DNA of 64,000 bases from NCBI GenBank assembly GCA_028534125.1, contig CM052816.1, forward strand, positions 83,640,001-83,704,000. The letters are read 5' to 3'. Below the pieces are notes generated by a model. The model was not told where the DNA came from. It made no database searches and saw only the letters and a list, made by a program, of their open reading frames with translations. The stretch comes from Lama glama (lineage: Eukaryota). Within the stretch, counting starts at the first letter, position 1, and every line of letters begins with the position of its first letter. This document shows, in pieces, positions 13,768 through 27,412 of the stretch. A program made the position numbers and the translations under genes.

Positions 13768-13942
13768 GACACTAGGATTTATCATGAATCTAGTTAATCT
13801 TAAAATTTAGAGCAGCTAAATTGCATGGACTCCTTCCCCACCTGTATCTAATTTCGCATTTCATCCTTGTTTGTATATTATCCTTCTTCAAGAAAACCCC
13901 ATTATATTATATAATCTTCTTTATCCCCCAAACTATAGCTGT
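13768..13942. mobile_element. MER53-like hAT MITE remnant
   Basis: GGATTTATCATGAATCTAGTTAATCTTAA...TTGCATGGACTCCTTCC resembles the recalled MER53 consensus. Confidence 0.5.
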
Positions 13943-13949
13943 TTTTGAG

Positions 13950-16150
13950 AGTAAAGATTATTCTTTAAGGCAAAACCCTCACAAGCAAGGAAAAATATAA
14001 AAGAAGAACAATCTAATATCGAAGATTGGAAAGCAAATAAATGAGTGGTACTTAATTAGTAAAGTATAAAAAGGCAAATCCTAAACTGGCAGTGGGGATA
14101 GCTGATTATCAACTTTATAGTTAATTGCAGAATATTTAAATGATTCATGAATTGACAGCACCTGATACCTCTGCAAATAGTGATAAAACTAGGGTCATAA
14201 AATCTATTAAAGGATTAGTAGATCCCTGAATTCCTTTCTTTACTATTTCAGCCACAAAACTGACAGCTCCTAGAACTAGCAATAGAATGCCAATTTGCTT
14301 CCTAGAGATGGTAAAAGGCTTAATATTTAGGGGAATTCAGACAATTGTAAGCTGAGGTACTATACCAAAAGCAGAACTCATAATTATATATGCAAACTGA
14401 AAGCTGATAGCCCATCTCCATCTTCATCCTGTTGTCTACCATCACACAAAGACTTTCCAGGAGTAGACTCTGGGAAAACTGACCCACCCAAGAGGAAATA
14501 TCAAAGAGACTAACATTGAGATCTTTCCCTAATATGCACCAGACCTAGCCACATTCATTGGAGCTCTTTGGAAACAACAGCGAAAAATAGGAAGTGAATT
14601 ATGATACCTGAATGAAAAAGACTACAATCAACACACAATAAGAAACAAAGGGAATGTGCCAAAAAAGATAAGCTGTACATTTATAAAATATATAAATCTC
14701 AGTAATATTCTCAGAAAAGTGAAAATATTGATTCTGTGATATAAAAATAGGATCAATAAAAAATTTCAGAGAAAAAAACTAATAAAAATTAAAAATGTAA
14801 CATAATAGAATTTTTTGAAAGTGTAAGTTATTTGAATGTTTGAAAGATAAAGTTGAAGAAATAGCTTAGAAAGTCAAAGATATGAGACATAGGAGAAAAA
14901 AGGGATTTTCATACAGATTGAGCATAAATGTATAGATCGTTCCCCCAAAGAAAAAAGTGTAGAAAATCTTAAATACAGTAATAAAAATATGTCAGGACTA
15001 AAGAACATTTTTCAAATTTAAAGTGTCCACTGAGGCCCTAACACAATGTATGAATGTAAACTTTTACTAAGGCAAGATGTCAAGAAATTTTAGAACACTA
15101 AAGAGAAAAAGAAGAAAGAGAGGAATGAATAACATAAAAAGATAAGGAATCAAAATGACTTCACATTTATGAACAGCAAACCAGGAAGTTAAAAGATAAT
15201 AAGGATAGTGAATAGGTCTACACTGTGAAGAGAAGTTATTTTCCACCTAAATCTTATATCCATCTAAAATGTAAATCATATATTGAAATAAAATAAAAAT
15301 ATTTTCGGACATGCAATGTATCAAAGCATACCAAATATATGATGTGCACTCCATGTATCATTTTTCAGGAAGAGGGAATATATTGAGATGATGATAATCA
15401 CAGAAGAAAACAAAAAAAAACCAATATGGAAGAGAGGCAGACTGTGCTCCCAGGAAGAGTGAAATGTGACATCTATGTGTGCACATGGACATCAAATATA
15501 AAGGGAAAACAATCCAGACTGAAGCAGATTAAAAGACTTTACAATTTCTTTAAGAAGAAAGTTATTAATAAACTACAGTAAATGCACACCTATCAAGAAG
15601 ATTTAGTTAATAGCAAAAAAACTTGTGGCTAAATTATTGACACATAGCAAATTAAGCAAATGTAACTGTAAGACATGTATTAACTCCAAAGAAAATAAAG
15701 ATTATGCAGAATCAAGTAAGCATGTCTATATACCACTTATCTGTGAATACCATTCGTTTACTTTATAAAAATGTAAACATTCAATATTGACCTCATCAAT
15801 ATAATAATATATCCATTTTTTGGAGGATGGTAGATGGGAAATGTATGTGCAAGTGTAGGGCCTTGGGGAAGAAAAGAAAGTTAAGTCTTCAACTTCTGTG
15901 GTATGAAGTCAACAGAAGATATCTGAAGGATCAGTGAAGTACATTCTCTGGAGATATGGAGATAAACACAAAGACTCAGCTAACAGAGTAGAAAACAGTT
16001 ACCTGAAGAACATAAAATGAGGAACGGAAATGGAGGGGGCTTGTTCACTGCCTTTTTCTTTACAAAATCTTATAAAACTGGTTGTCTCTTTACACGGGTG
16101 TCTCTTTACATGATAACTATTTTGAATAATTAAATAATAATAATAATTAA
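13950..16150 (+). mobile_element. Ancient HAL1/L1M-type LINE remnant (ORF1-like)
   Basis: A-rich strand with ORF1-like words (GATAAAGTTGAAGAAATAGC, GGAATCAAAATGACTTCAC, ATTTTCCACCTAAATCTTATATCCA, ATTTTCGGACATGCAA); highly decayed. Confidence 0.6.
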
Positions 16151-17938
16151 AACTGGAAGCTGCAAAAATCGTATCACCATCTCTATGCAAAAACCTTGAG
16201 CTCTGTATCATTTTTCACTGCAGTTGTGCCATAGGCAATCAAAGTAACAATTATCAGGACCCTGATTGGAATAAAAAACTAATGAAATAAACTTTAAGTT
16301 GCAACTGATTCATATGTGTAATGAAAAAAAAAAGATTCAGTGAGAAAGCAGTTGATAAATCAGAGAGAACTGAATATGCTTGTAAATTCTTTGATGATAC
16401 ATGTATATTGTATTTGGCCTGAAGTGGTGTTAATAAGACCACTAGAGAAATGTGGTGTGTAGAATTTCCTTTTAAGTATCAAGTGAATTAACATTTAATC
16501 TTTTTGATTTAGTCAATTCTCTCCTTTGTTCTTTTCACAAAATAAATCAATTTGTCTCAAATAAAGCTTAATGTATTTTTATAGAGTGAAAGTTTGTCTT
16601 TGGAACATGTATTTCTGCTGCTCTGTCCTTTAGAATACATTAGATGGAAATTTTTATTTTACACTCTATTTCCAACATCAAAGAAAATGTACTAAGCATT
16701 TGGGGAGCTGCACATTAACCAGAAACTTAATAAAAGAATATTAAGATTTCTTTATTGGATTCAAAACAGGTTAATGTTTCACAGGGCAGTAACTATGCAG
16801 GGTTATGCTCTTCACCAGAAAGAAATCATTTGCATTTCTACCAGGCAAAAATATACAAAGCAACATATTATTTCTCTAATTTTAACCCCTTTAATCAATT
16901 GTTTTACCATCATTGAATCATATTTCTACTATTAAAGAAGAGAGAGCTTAGACATCTGAAGCCTTGCCTCTTCTGTTCACATGTATTTCTGCTTCCCATC
17001 AGAAAGCCTCTTTGTATCCACCTCCGATTGGGTGTATTCACAATATGCCTGCCATATTTGAAATTATCTATATTCTACAATTGACGAATACAGAAAAATT
17101 CTTTCCAGATCAAGAATGCCTTATTTCCCAGAATATTATGGCTCAATAGTCTCATTTACATCTTTTTTTTTGTACTTTCATAGTCCTAATCTTCCCTTGG
17201 GCAAAATGAGTGCCACACTCATTAGAAAAAGGGTTGCATATATGAACATATAAAAAGAAAACTATTACTATAGTTAAATATTAAATTTCTTACATAGTTT
17301 TAGCCCCAAGTCTTCAATACTTGGCATCACTATCTGTTAAAAATTATTCTCATATCACACATGAGAAAACATGTGATAATAAAGTTGAAATAATTGGTCC
17401 AAATCATAAAAGGAAGTAAGGATTTAAAAACAAATCTAACACGAAGATTCTTCTTCCAACAGGCTATACTGAATTTCCAAGAAACTGTTGATTCCAATAT
17501 CAAATGTGACACACAGTTGACAGAAGAAATGTCTAGACTTCTTTTAATTTTATGATCAATTCTGTCTGATCTAGAAATATATGCTTTAAGAAATAATAAA
17601 ACCAACAACTAAATCAAACAAAGCAAAAACAACTAATTAAAACTTCACAGATAGGAGAAAACTTTATAGCTTCTTTCTGAATGTTTATATTCTAGTAAGA
17701 TATTCAATGGTCATATTCCCACAAAATAGCTTTGCTGATGTTTTTTAGAAGATTACAAAGGTAAATTCACTAACTTATTTTCATTATTTGAATTTATCAT
17801 ATGGATTAGTTAAATTTAAATTTTCCTTCAGATCCTGATAAAAAAACTGGCATTTTTTTAAATCCTTGATTAATAATCTCAGTATATATAAAGTAAGTCA
17901 CACAGATTTTAAAAGATTATTAAAAAAAACACTGTAAT

Positions 17939-20900
17939 AAAACAAAACAAAACAAAAAACTCAAGTAAACAACCTAATCTTACACCTCAAGGAATTAGAG
18001 AAATAAGAAAAAACACAACTCAAAGTCAGTACAGAAAGAAATCATAAAGATCAAAGCAGAAGTAAATGAAATAGAGATTACAAAACAAAAAAGAGAGTAT
18101 CAATGAAACTAAATTCTGGTTTTTTTGAAAGATAAATAATATTGATAAATCTTTAGCCAGACTCATCAAGAAAAAAAGGGAGAGGTCACAAACCAAAAAC
18201 AGAAATGAAAACAGAGAAGTTACAACCAAAACCACAGAAATTCAAATAATGATAGGGACTACTATGAACAACTCTATGCCAATAATACGGACAATCTAGA
18301 AGAAATGGAGAAATTCTTAGAAAGGTACAATCATCCAGGACAAAACCAGGAAGAAGTAGAAAATCTGGACAGACCAATTACCAGCACTGAAATTGAATTA
18401 TTAATTTAAAAACTCCCAACATCAAAACTCCAGAATCAGATGGCTTTACAGGTGAATCCTACTAAACATTTAGAGAAAAGTAAACACCTACACTTCTCAA
18501 ACTTTTCCAAAAAAATTGCAGAGGAAGGAACACTTCTGAACTCATTCTATGAGGCCAGTATCACTCTGATAACAAAACTAGACAAAGATATCACAAGAAA
18601 AGAAAATTGATGGCCAATGTCAGTGATGAACATAGATGCAAAAATCCTTAACAGAAGATTAACAAACCAAATCCAACAACACATTAAAAGGATCATACAC
18701 CATGATCAAGTGGTATTTATCACAGAGATGTATTCTTCAACATTCATAAATCAATAAGTGTGATACACCACATTAACAAAGTGAAGAATAAAAACCATAT
18801 GATTATCTCAATAGATGCAAAATAACTTTTGAAAAAATTCAATATCAATTTATGATAAAAACTCTCCAGAAAGTCGGCATTGAGGGAACATACCTAAACA
18901 TAATAAAGGCCATATATGACAAAACCACAGCAAACATCATACGCTACACTTAAAAGTTGAAAGCATTTCCTTTAAGATTAGGAAGAAGACAAGGATATCC
19001 ACTTTTACCACTTTTATTTAACATAGTTTTGGAAGTCCTAACCACAACAATCAGATAAGTAAAAGAAATTAAAGGAATCCAACTTGAAAAGGAAGAAGTA
19101 AAACTGACATAATTTGCAGAGGACATGATACATCCATAGAAAATTCTAAAGACACCACCAAAAAATTGCTAGAGTTCTATCAATTCAGTAAAGTTTCAGG
19201 ACACAAAATTAATATACAGAAATCTGTTGTGTTTCTATATACTAACAATGAAGTATCAGAAAGAGAAATTAAAGAAACAGTTCATTCACCACTGCACAAA
19301 AAAGAATAAAACACCTAAGAATAAACCTACCAAAGGAAGTAAAAGATCTGTATTTGGAAAACTATAACATACTGACGGAAGAAATTGAAGATGATACAAA
19401 CAAATGTAAAGATATACTATGTTCTTGGATTGGAAAAATTAAAATTATTAAAATGACCACACTACCCAAGGCAATCTACAGACTCAATGCAGCCCCTATC
19501 AAATTACCAATGAAATTTTTTTCCCAGAACTAGAATAAATAATTTTAAAATTTGTATGGTAACACAAAAGACCCCAAATAGCCAAAACAACCTGGAGAAA
19601 GAATGAAAATAGAGAAATCATGCTCCCTGACTCTACATTACACTACAAAGCTACAATAATCAAAACAGTATGATACTGGCACAAAAACAGACACATAGAT
19701 CAATGGAACAGAGTCCAGAAATAAACCCATGCACTTACAGTCAATTAATCTACAACAAAGGAAGCAAGAATATACAATGGAGAAAAGACAGTCTTTTCAA
19801 TAAGTGGTTCTGGGAAAACTGGACAGCTACATGTAAAAGAATGAAGTTAGAACATCCTCTAACACCATATACAAAAATAAACTCAAAATGGATTAAAGAC
19901 CTAAATGTAACACCAGATGCTATAAAAGTCCTAGAGGAAAACACTCTTTGACATAAATTACAGCAATTTTTTTGGATCCAACTCCTAGAGTAATAAAAAT
20001 AAAAATGATAATTTTAAAAAGGGAACTAACTAAACTCAAAAGCTTTTGCACAGCAAAGGAAACTATCCACAAAATGAAAAATAACCTACTGATTTGCAAG
20101 TGATGTGACCTTAAGGGGTTAATATCCAACATATACAAGCAACTCATACAACTCAACATCAAAAAAATAAACAACCTAATTTTAAAAAGAGCAGAACTAA
20201 ATAGACATTTCTCCAAAGAGGAAATTCAGATGGCCAATAGATATATGAAAAGATGTTCAACCTCATTATTAGGGAAATGCAAATCAAAACCTCATACCTG
20301 TCAGAATGGCTATTAACAAAAAGTGTACAAATTACAAATGTTGATGAGGATATGGAGAAAAAGGAAACCCTCACACATTGTTGGTGAAAATGTAAATTGG
20401 TTTAGCCACTTTGGAAACAGTATGGAGGGTTCTCAAAAAACTAAAAATAGAACTACCATGTGATCCAGCAATTCCACTCCTGGTTATATATCTTAAAAAA
20501 AAAAAAAAAAACAGAAAACACTAATTTGAAAAGATACATGCATCCCAGTGTTCACAGCAGCATAATTTATAATTGTCAAGGTATGGAAGCAACCTAAGTG
20601 TCCATCAACAGATAAAAGGATAAAAAAGATGTGATATATATATATATATATAAAAAACACATACATGCAATGGAATATTACTCAGTCATAAAATAGAATG
20701 TAATTTTGTCACTTGCAGTAAGATAGATAGACTTGTAGAGTATTATGCTAAGTTAAATAATTCAGATAGAAAAAGACAAATACTACATGATATTACTTAT
20801 ATGTGGAATCTAAAAAATACAACAAACTAGTAAATATAACAAAAAAGATATGGATTCACAGGTATAGAGAACAAAGTAGTGGTTACTAGTGGGTTACTAG

Positions 20901-21040
20901 AGACAAGAGGGAAGGTGTAATACAGTGATAGGGAAACTAAAAGGGTTATTATTGGATCATATGAAATTATATGTATGAAACTTGAAAATTATAAAGCATA
21001 TACTATAGGATTTAAAGAATATTGTATTCAATTAAAAAAT
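17939..21040 (+). mobile_element. 5'-truncated LINE-1 (ORF2 RT + C-terminus + 3'UTR), pseudogenised
   Basis: Continuous L1 ORF2 homology; RT FADDM motif present as FAEDMI (19113-19130); ORF 19670-19951 ([16 protein letters not shown]); possible degenerate TSD AAAAAAACACTGTAAT / AAAATAACCATTGTAAT. Confidence 0.95.
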
Positions 21041-22889
21041 AAAATAACCATTGTAATGTGTAGTATATTGACAATTTGATGGATAATTTATCTTACATTA
21101 CAAAATTCTAGTATAATAAATTTATTTTAACACTGTTTTAATATTATTTTAATGTTATTAATGTTACTGGAATCTCTGAGGTGTCCTCTAATGAAAAGAA
21201 TCCTTCCTTTGCACCTGGTTTCTAAATAACCGAGAAAGAAAAGTATAAAAGATAGAAAAAGATTGCACTTCAGTTTTGGAGAGCATAGTATACTGTGGAA
21301 ACCGAACGGATCAGCTAAATGAACTCCAGATTTGGCAGATATGCCCCATTCCTAGACAGAACTATACTTAACCTATCTCCTTGTGTAGACAATTTTAATG
21401 AATGGAAGGGTGAAGGAGAAAACAGGTTAACAGCAGGTAAACCAACTCCCACATTTCTGTCCACAGATTTCCAAAGACCTTTTCTAGGAGGCTTATACTA
21501 GGATTAGGAAAGGTCTCTTTTAGTAAAAGGAAATCAGGAGTTTTGAAAGTGTATTTCCCTTTAACACATTAACTACCGATTTAGATTATATTATACATTG
21601 TTATCCACATGTCATATTCTTCACCATGACGGGGGGTTGAAAAGTCTCTGGTAAGAGACCTAAACAAAGCCAAGATTTAGTTAAAAAATAATCAAAGGTA
21701 AACCAATAAATGAAACAATCCCCCATCCCCACATTAAGTATAATTGCTAAAAGCCTTGAATTAGGGTGTTATCCTAGTGTCCCTTGCTATGGATTTCTCT
21801 TATTACAAGAGCAATCTTCATTGAGATATTTTTCTTCAAATGGATTGAAGATTATGTGTGGAAAATTCATATATTAAATGAATGAACTAATATGTTTAAT
21901 AGAACTGTTAAGAAGTTCTAAAATAATCTCTGCAAAAATCACTCAAATTATTTTTTAATAAAGACAAGTATATTGAAGAGCTATTGTTGCTTATTTTTCC
22001 ATTTCTAAGATATTTCTCTAATTTGATGTTAGTTATTCCATTTCCATGGAGATTCCTTTTATTTCATTGAATTCAAGTAGTCCAGAGTTGGTAAAATATG
22101 CATAGTCATGACTTGCAAAGCTTAGGTACTAAAATGCTTTCTGATTTTACAGAGAGTGAATTTAAATTTACACGTAAACTAATCTTACAAATATTACATT
22201 TAAATCCACTTGCTTATGAATTTCAAGGGGGTATTATTTTACCATCATTTACCACCAAGATTGTTGGCCAGGGACTTTCCTTGTCATTTTCTGGGATTGG
22301 ATAGATCCACCTACTGAGAAGTTAGAAACTTTGGCTTCCAGTTTTTTATGGGCTATCTCCAGCTGAATTTTCCATCCTGGCGGATATAGGGTTTTTACCA
22401 ACTGCATTTGTGTTCTCCTAGGTCAAGAAAACTGTTGCTCAAATTCATCTCTTTTGCAAATGTCCTTCATAAAAATGTCACATTTGGGATTCTTAATTGG
22501 GCTTGGTTTTGATAAGTAAATATTTCTTACTAGTTTATCATTTCATTAATTGCATTAATATCAATTTTAAAGATATTCTCATCATTCCTTTTTGATATTT
22601 TTGTCTTGTTTTTCCAGTGAGACCATCAATGAAGGTACTTGGCTTATTTGCTGGATAGAAACCCTGATTTTTAAAAATTATAACTTCACATTTTATAAAT
22701 ATTACTTTTAGACCTCACGGCCTCTAGTATCTTTCCTCCATATCAAAGATGTTTAAGTGCAATTATTAAATGCCTATTTCGTAGTACAGAGAAAGGGAAA
22801 CATTTGCTCTATGCTACTTTAAATTTCCCTCCATAAATAAAGGAAATACAGATGTTTGTCTTATACTTTCAGACCAAAATTGTATGTAT

Positions 22890-23346
22890 AATACTTGCCC
22901 ATTATTTTGGTATTTCTAAATGGTTTACACCTCCCAGTTTTCATGCTCTTGGGTCATCTCACTCTTTGTAAACAGGCTTGCTCACGTGACTGGCAAGCAT
23001 ATGGAAGGAGAAGCTCACTATGCTCTCTCATTAGGGCTTCTTCTCGGAAGTGCTCTTTCTTGGACCCCAACTGCAGTGATGCTGTAAGATCAAGCTATCC
23101 CGTGGAGAGCCATCACATGCAGCTATCCGAGGCTTGTGGTCAGTGGCTCCAGCTAAACTCCTAGCTAACAGCCAGCATCAATTTGTCAGCAAAGTGAGTA
23201 AGTGTATCTTCAAGCCCAAATCAAGTTTGCCGACTGAAGTTAAGAAGAGCAGAGATGAACTATTCCCACCAAACTCAGTCTTACTTGCAAAACCCTAAGC
23301 CATTAAGATTTAGAAATGAGTTTGTGTGGCAATAGGTAACTGATAG
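22890..23346 (+). mobile_element. Old MaLR LTR (MLT1H/G-like)
   Basis: CAGCCAGCATCAA, AGAGCAGAGATGAACTATTCCC and terminus GCAATAGGTAACTGATA. Confidence 0.6.
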
Positions 23347-23469
23347 TATCATTGGTAAACTAATAATATGACCTTTGCAAATGAATCACTGCATATGAAA
23401 AGAGAATTCACACCTTCAGGAACTTAGACATTTGAGACAAAAGGGCATAAACAGAAGACAGGAGTTCCT

Positions 23470-23672
23470 TTGATAGCATATTCCTTCTTAACTTTGTTAC
23501 CTGTGGCAATTCGTTTAATTTGTCTTAATTTCACTTACAGCGTCTATAAAATGGAAAAATAGTAATACTAACAAACTTGCATGAAAATTGTGAGGATTAA
23601 ATAAAACAGCATATGAGAAAATGAACCTATATCCCAATCTTTGGCACACAGATAGTATTTACTAAATAATAG
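23470..23672 (+). mobile_element. MIR SINE
   Basis: CTATAAAATGGAAAAATAGTAATAC...GTGAGGATTAAATAA...TGGCACACAGATAGTATTTACTAAATA. Confidence 0.7.
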
Positions 23673-25057
23673 CCGTGATGATGATGATGATAATGACAAT
23701 GATGATGTTACTACATCCAGAAATACAATTTTGGTGTGATGAGTATATCTACTGTTCTCCATACATTTTCTTCATTCCATATCTTAGAACTTCTGTAACA
23801 CTACATGGTATTCAGAAGTAGTACATATTATTACTGAGCAGAGCAGATACATACTGCTTCTTTAAGAATATAAGTTAAAATGTCTCCTTTTTGTTATTGA
23901 TCATTTTTATCACATTTTTCTTTAACTTTCAAGTTTCTACAGTGTATCTGTATAGAAAATGATAGATTGGTGCTTCACTGGGAGACAAAATTTATATTTA
24001 CCTTGTTTTTGTTGCTAAAATTTCACTGAGCAGTATAGTTCTTTTTTTATTTTTCTCTTTTAATCTATTCATATAAACTATACAAGAATTCCTTATCAAA
24101 TACAACATTCAGTGCTTACAACTATACACTGACATCCATAGCATTCAATTAAACCATAAACTTGGCACATTACCAAAGATAATTAATTTTTTTGTTACAT
24201 ATTCCTATTGCTGCAAATAGTTTATTTTGTTTAGTTTTAAATTGGATATCCAGCTGTGCCTAACTTCAATAACTATCATCGGAGAGATTCTGGAGTCATT
24301 TGAGTTATTTCTATCAGGTGGCAAAAGATGAATTAACAGTGTCAAAACACCCAATTTGTGGTAGTACACTGTTGAGGAACAAACACATCTCTTAATTGGC
24401 AATTGACAGCTTTGGCACTTAGTTGAACTAATCATTACTCACATTTACACTAGCTTTCATTTCCTCAAGCCCTATTAAGTCATTAAAATGCCACAACAAT
24501 CTTCTCCACAGGTGTGGAAAACCAGATCCTTGCCTGTGGCAGACGTAATTAAGGTAACAGCTGGATAGTTACATTTAAAAAGGAGAAATTCAAGACATGA
24601 TAATGTTTTTCAAAGTGCCCCAAATGAAAAGAATAGTCAGGGAATGGCCTGGCTTGTTGTTATTCCAATTGTGCTCCATGGAAATTTTATTTTATAGATG
24701 CTTGCTAAATCTGTAACAAAATTATGATTAAAAGAAGTTGATCATTTGACAAAACATTGTAAAATGACTATAATTCAATAAAAAAAGTTAAAAAAAGAAG
24801 TTTAATCATAACTTCTAAACAATATATTAATTTGGTTATATTGAAATAATTTTAAAATTGAAGTTTATAGTTTTACCGATAGATCCTTCTAGACAATAAA
24901 AATAGAGCTTTGCTATTGCTTTTGTTTTCTTCCAGTAAATGGCCTCCTTGTCTCTCTTACTCCCATGGTTTCATACAACCATTTCTAGAACAAAGTATTT
25001 TGGACTTTCTGGCAAGGGAAGAGGAAGAACTATGTTACATGAATTGTTTTGTGACAG

Positions 25058-25610
25058 TGTAGGGGAGCAAAATTTCCCACCCTCAAAACTGTCTGACATG
25101 TGGATTATTCCAAGCTGAAAAAAATTAAAACTCAAAAGACTCAGGAAGAAACTTCGACCCTCCCTCTAACCACCTAAAAGAATTTAGATAGCGTGCCTAT
25201 TCCTGGGATAAGATATCACCAGAGATATCTGCAAAGAATATGGACCAAGTGTGGTCAAGGAACTCAGCAGGGCCTAGAGATCAGAATTCCCTCTGTGTCC
25301 CATTATGTCTACAAGGCCCAGCAAATATTTGTTTACCAAGCATTTGCTTTCCATCTCCCTGTGAATTGCCCTTCTCCCCTTCGAAGTATCAAATCACTAC
25401 TTGCAACGTCCTCTTTTGTCTTTAGTTGAAGATGGTGTTTAACGTAAGCGCTCCAGCCATTTTGGTGAGTTAATTTTCCTGGATCTCTTCCATGTATGCA
25501 TGTTATTCGATTTTGTTTTATTTTTCATGTTAATCTGTGTCATGTCAGCTCCATTTTTAGACCAGCAGAAGAACACAGAAGAGAAGAGAAAAACGTCTTC
25601 CTCCCTAACA
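25058..25610 (+). mobile_element. Solo ERV1 LTR (MER34/MER39-like)
   Basis: TG...CA termini (TGTAGGGGAGCAAAATTTCCCACC ... CTTCCTCCCTAACA); 4-bp flanks ACAG/ACAA consistent with a TSD. Confidence 0.8.
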
Positions 25611-25974
25611 ACAATAAAGCTTTCAATGGCTTATAATACTTTTTGTGATTCACAACACCATTTCTCTCTTTAGGAAGGTATTTTCCTTGACATTTTCTTG
25701 AACAGCAACATATGAGAGAGATTTTTTTTTAAATCTATGAAATAGAAAAACATGATCTCTTACAATTTGACTTTCTTGGTTTGAATCCAGAGTTAGTCTT
25801 TTGGGTAGACTATTCTTGATTTACAATCTCAACTTAAATATAACCTTATTAAAACTCCTCCTTTCTATAACATTGGAATATTTTTGCCTCCTTCTAGAAC
25901 TCTCCTCTTCAGATAAAATTCAGGACAAGTAGAATTTTTTTTTCCAAATATTTCCAAAGCTTGCCACTATTTTT

Positions 25975-27412
25975 TTAACATTTTTTATTGATTTATAATC
26001 ATTTTACAATGTTGTGTCAAATTCCAGTGTAGAGCACAATTTTTCAGTTATACATGAACATATATATATTCATTGTCACATTTTTTTCTCTGGGAGCTAC
26101 CATAAGATCTTGTATGTATTTCCCTATGCTATACAGTATAATCTTGTTTATCTATTCTACAATTTTGAAATCCAAGTCTATCTCTTCCCACCCCCTGCCC
26201 CCTTGGCAACCACAAGTTTGTATTCTATGTCTGAGTTTGTTTCTGTTTTGTATTTATGCTTTGTTTGTTCGTTTGTTTGTTTGTTTTTTAGATTCCACAT
26301 ATAAGCGATCTCATATGGTATTTTTCTTTCTCTTTCTGGCTTACTTCACTTAGAATGACATTCTCCAGGAGCAACCATGTTGCTGCAAATGGCGTCATGT
26401 TGTCGGTTCTTGTGGCTGAATAGTATTCCATTGTATAAATGTACCACATCTTCTTTATCCAGTGAGCTGTTGATGGACATTTAGACTGTTTCCATGTCTT
26501 GGCTACTGTAAATACTGCTATGAACATTGGGGTGTAGGTGTCATTTTGAAGTAGGGTTCCTTCTGGATATATGCCCAGGAGTGGAATTCCTGGGTCATAC
26601 GGTAAGTCTATTCCTAGTCTTTTGAGGAATCTCCATACTGTTTTCCACAGTGGCTGCACCAAACTGCATTCCCACCAGTAGTGTAGGAGGGTTCCCTTTT
26701 CTCCACACTCTCTCTAGCATTTGTCATTTGTGGACTTTTGAATGATGGCCATTCTGACTGGTGTGAGGTGATACCTCATTGTAGTTTTGATTTGCATTTC
26801 TCTGACAATTAGTGATATTGAGCATTTTTTCATGTGTCTATTGATCATTTGTATTTCTTCCTTGGAAAATTGCTTGTTTAGGTCTTCTGCGCATTTTTTG
26901 ATTGGGTTTTTTGTTTTTTTCTTATTAAGTCGTATAAGCTGCTTATATATTCTGGAGATCAAGCCTTTGTCAGTATCATTTGCAAAAATTTTTTCCCATT
27001 CTGTAAGTTGTCTTTTTGTTTTACTTCTGGTTTCCTTTGCTGTGCAGAAGCTTGTAATTTTCATTAGGTCCCATTTGTTTATTCTTGCTTTTATTTCTAT
27101 TGCTTGAGTAGACTGTTTTAGGAGGACATTTTTGAGATGTATGTCAGATAATGTTTTGCCTATATTTTCTTTTAGGTTTATTGTATCTTGTCTTATGTTT
27201 AAGCCTTTGATCCATTTTGTGTATGGCGTAAGGGAGAGTTCTAGCTTCGTTGCTTTACATGCTGCTGTCCAGTTTTCGCAACACCATTTGATGAAGAGAC
27301 TGTCTTTATTCCACTGTATATTCTTGCCTCCTTTGTTGAAGATTAGTTGACCAAAAGTTTGTGGGTTCATTTCTGGGTTCTCTATACTGTTCCATTGGTC
27401 TATATGTCTGTT
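25975..27412 (-). mobile_element. Young 5'-truncated LINE-1 (ORF2 C-terminus + 3'UTR)
   Basis: ORFs 26714-27370 and 26288-26662 encode the L1 ORF2 C-terminal domain; perfect 14-bp TSD TTGCCACTATTTTT at 25961-25974 and 27413-27426. Confidence 0.97.

Noticed and set aside
26288..27370. Long ORFs on the minus strand (218 aa, the longest in the window, and 124 aa)
   Set aside because: Fragments of L1 ORF2 in a 5'-truncated copy; not a host gene.
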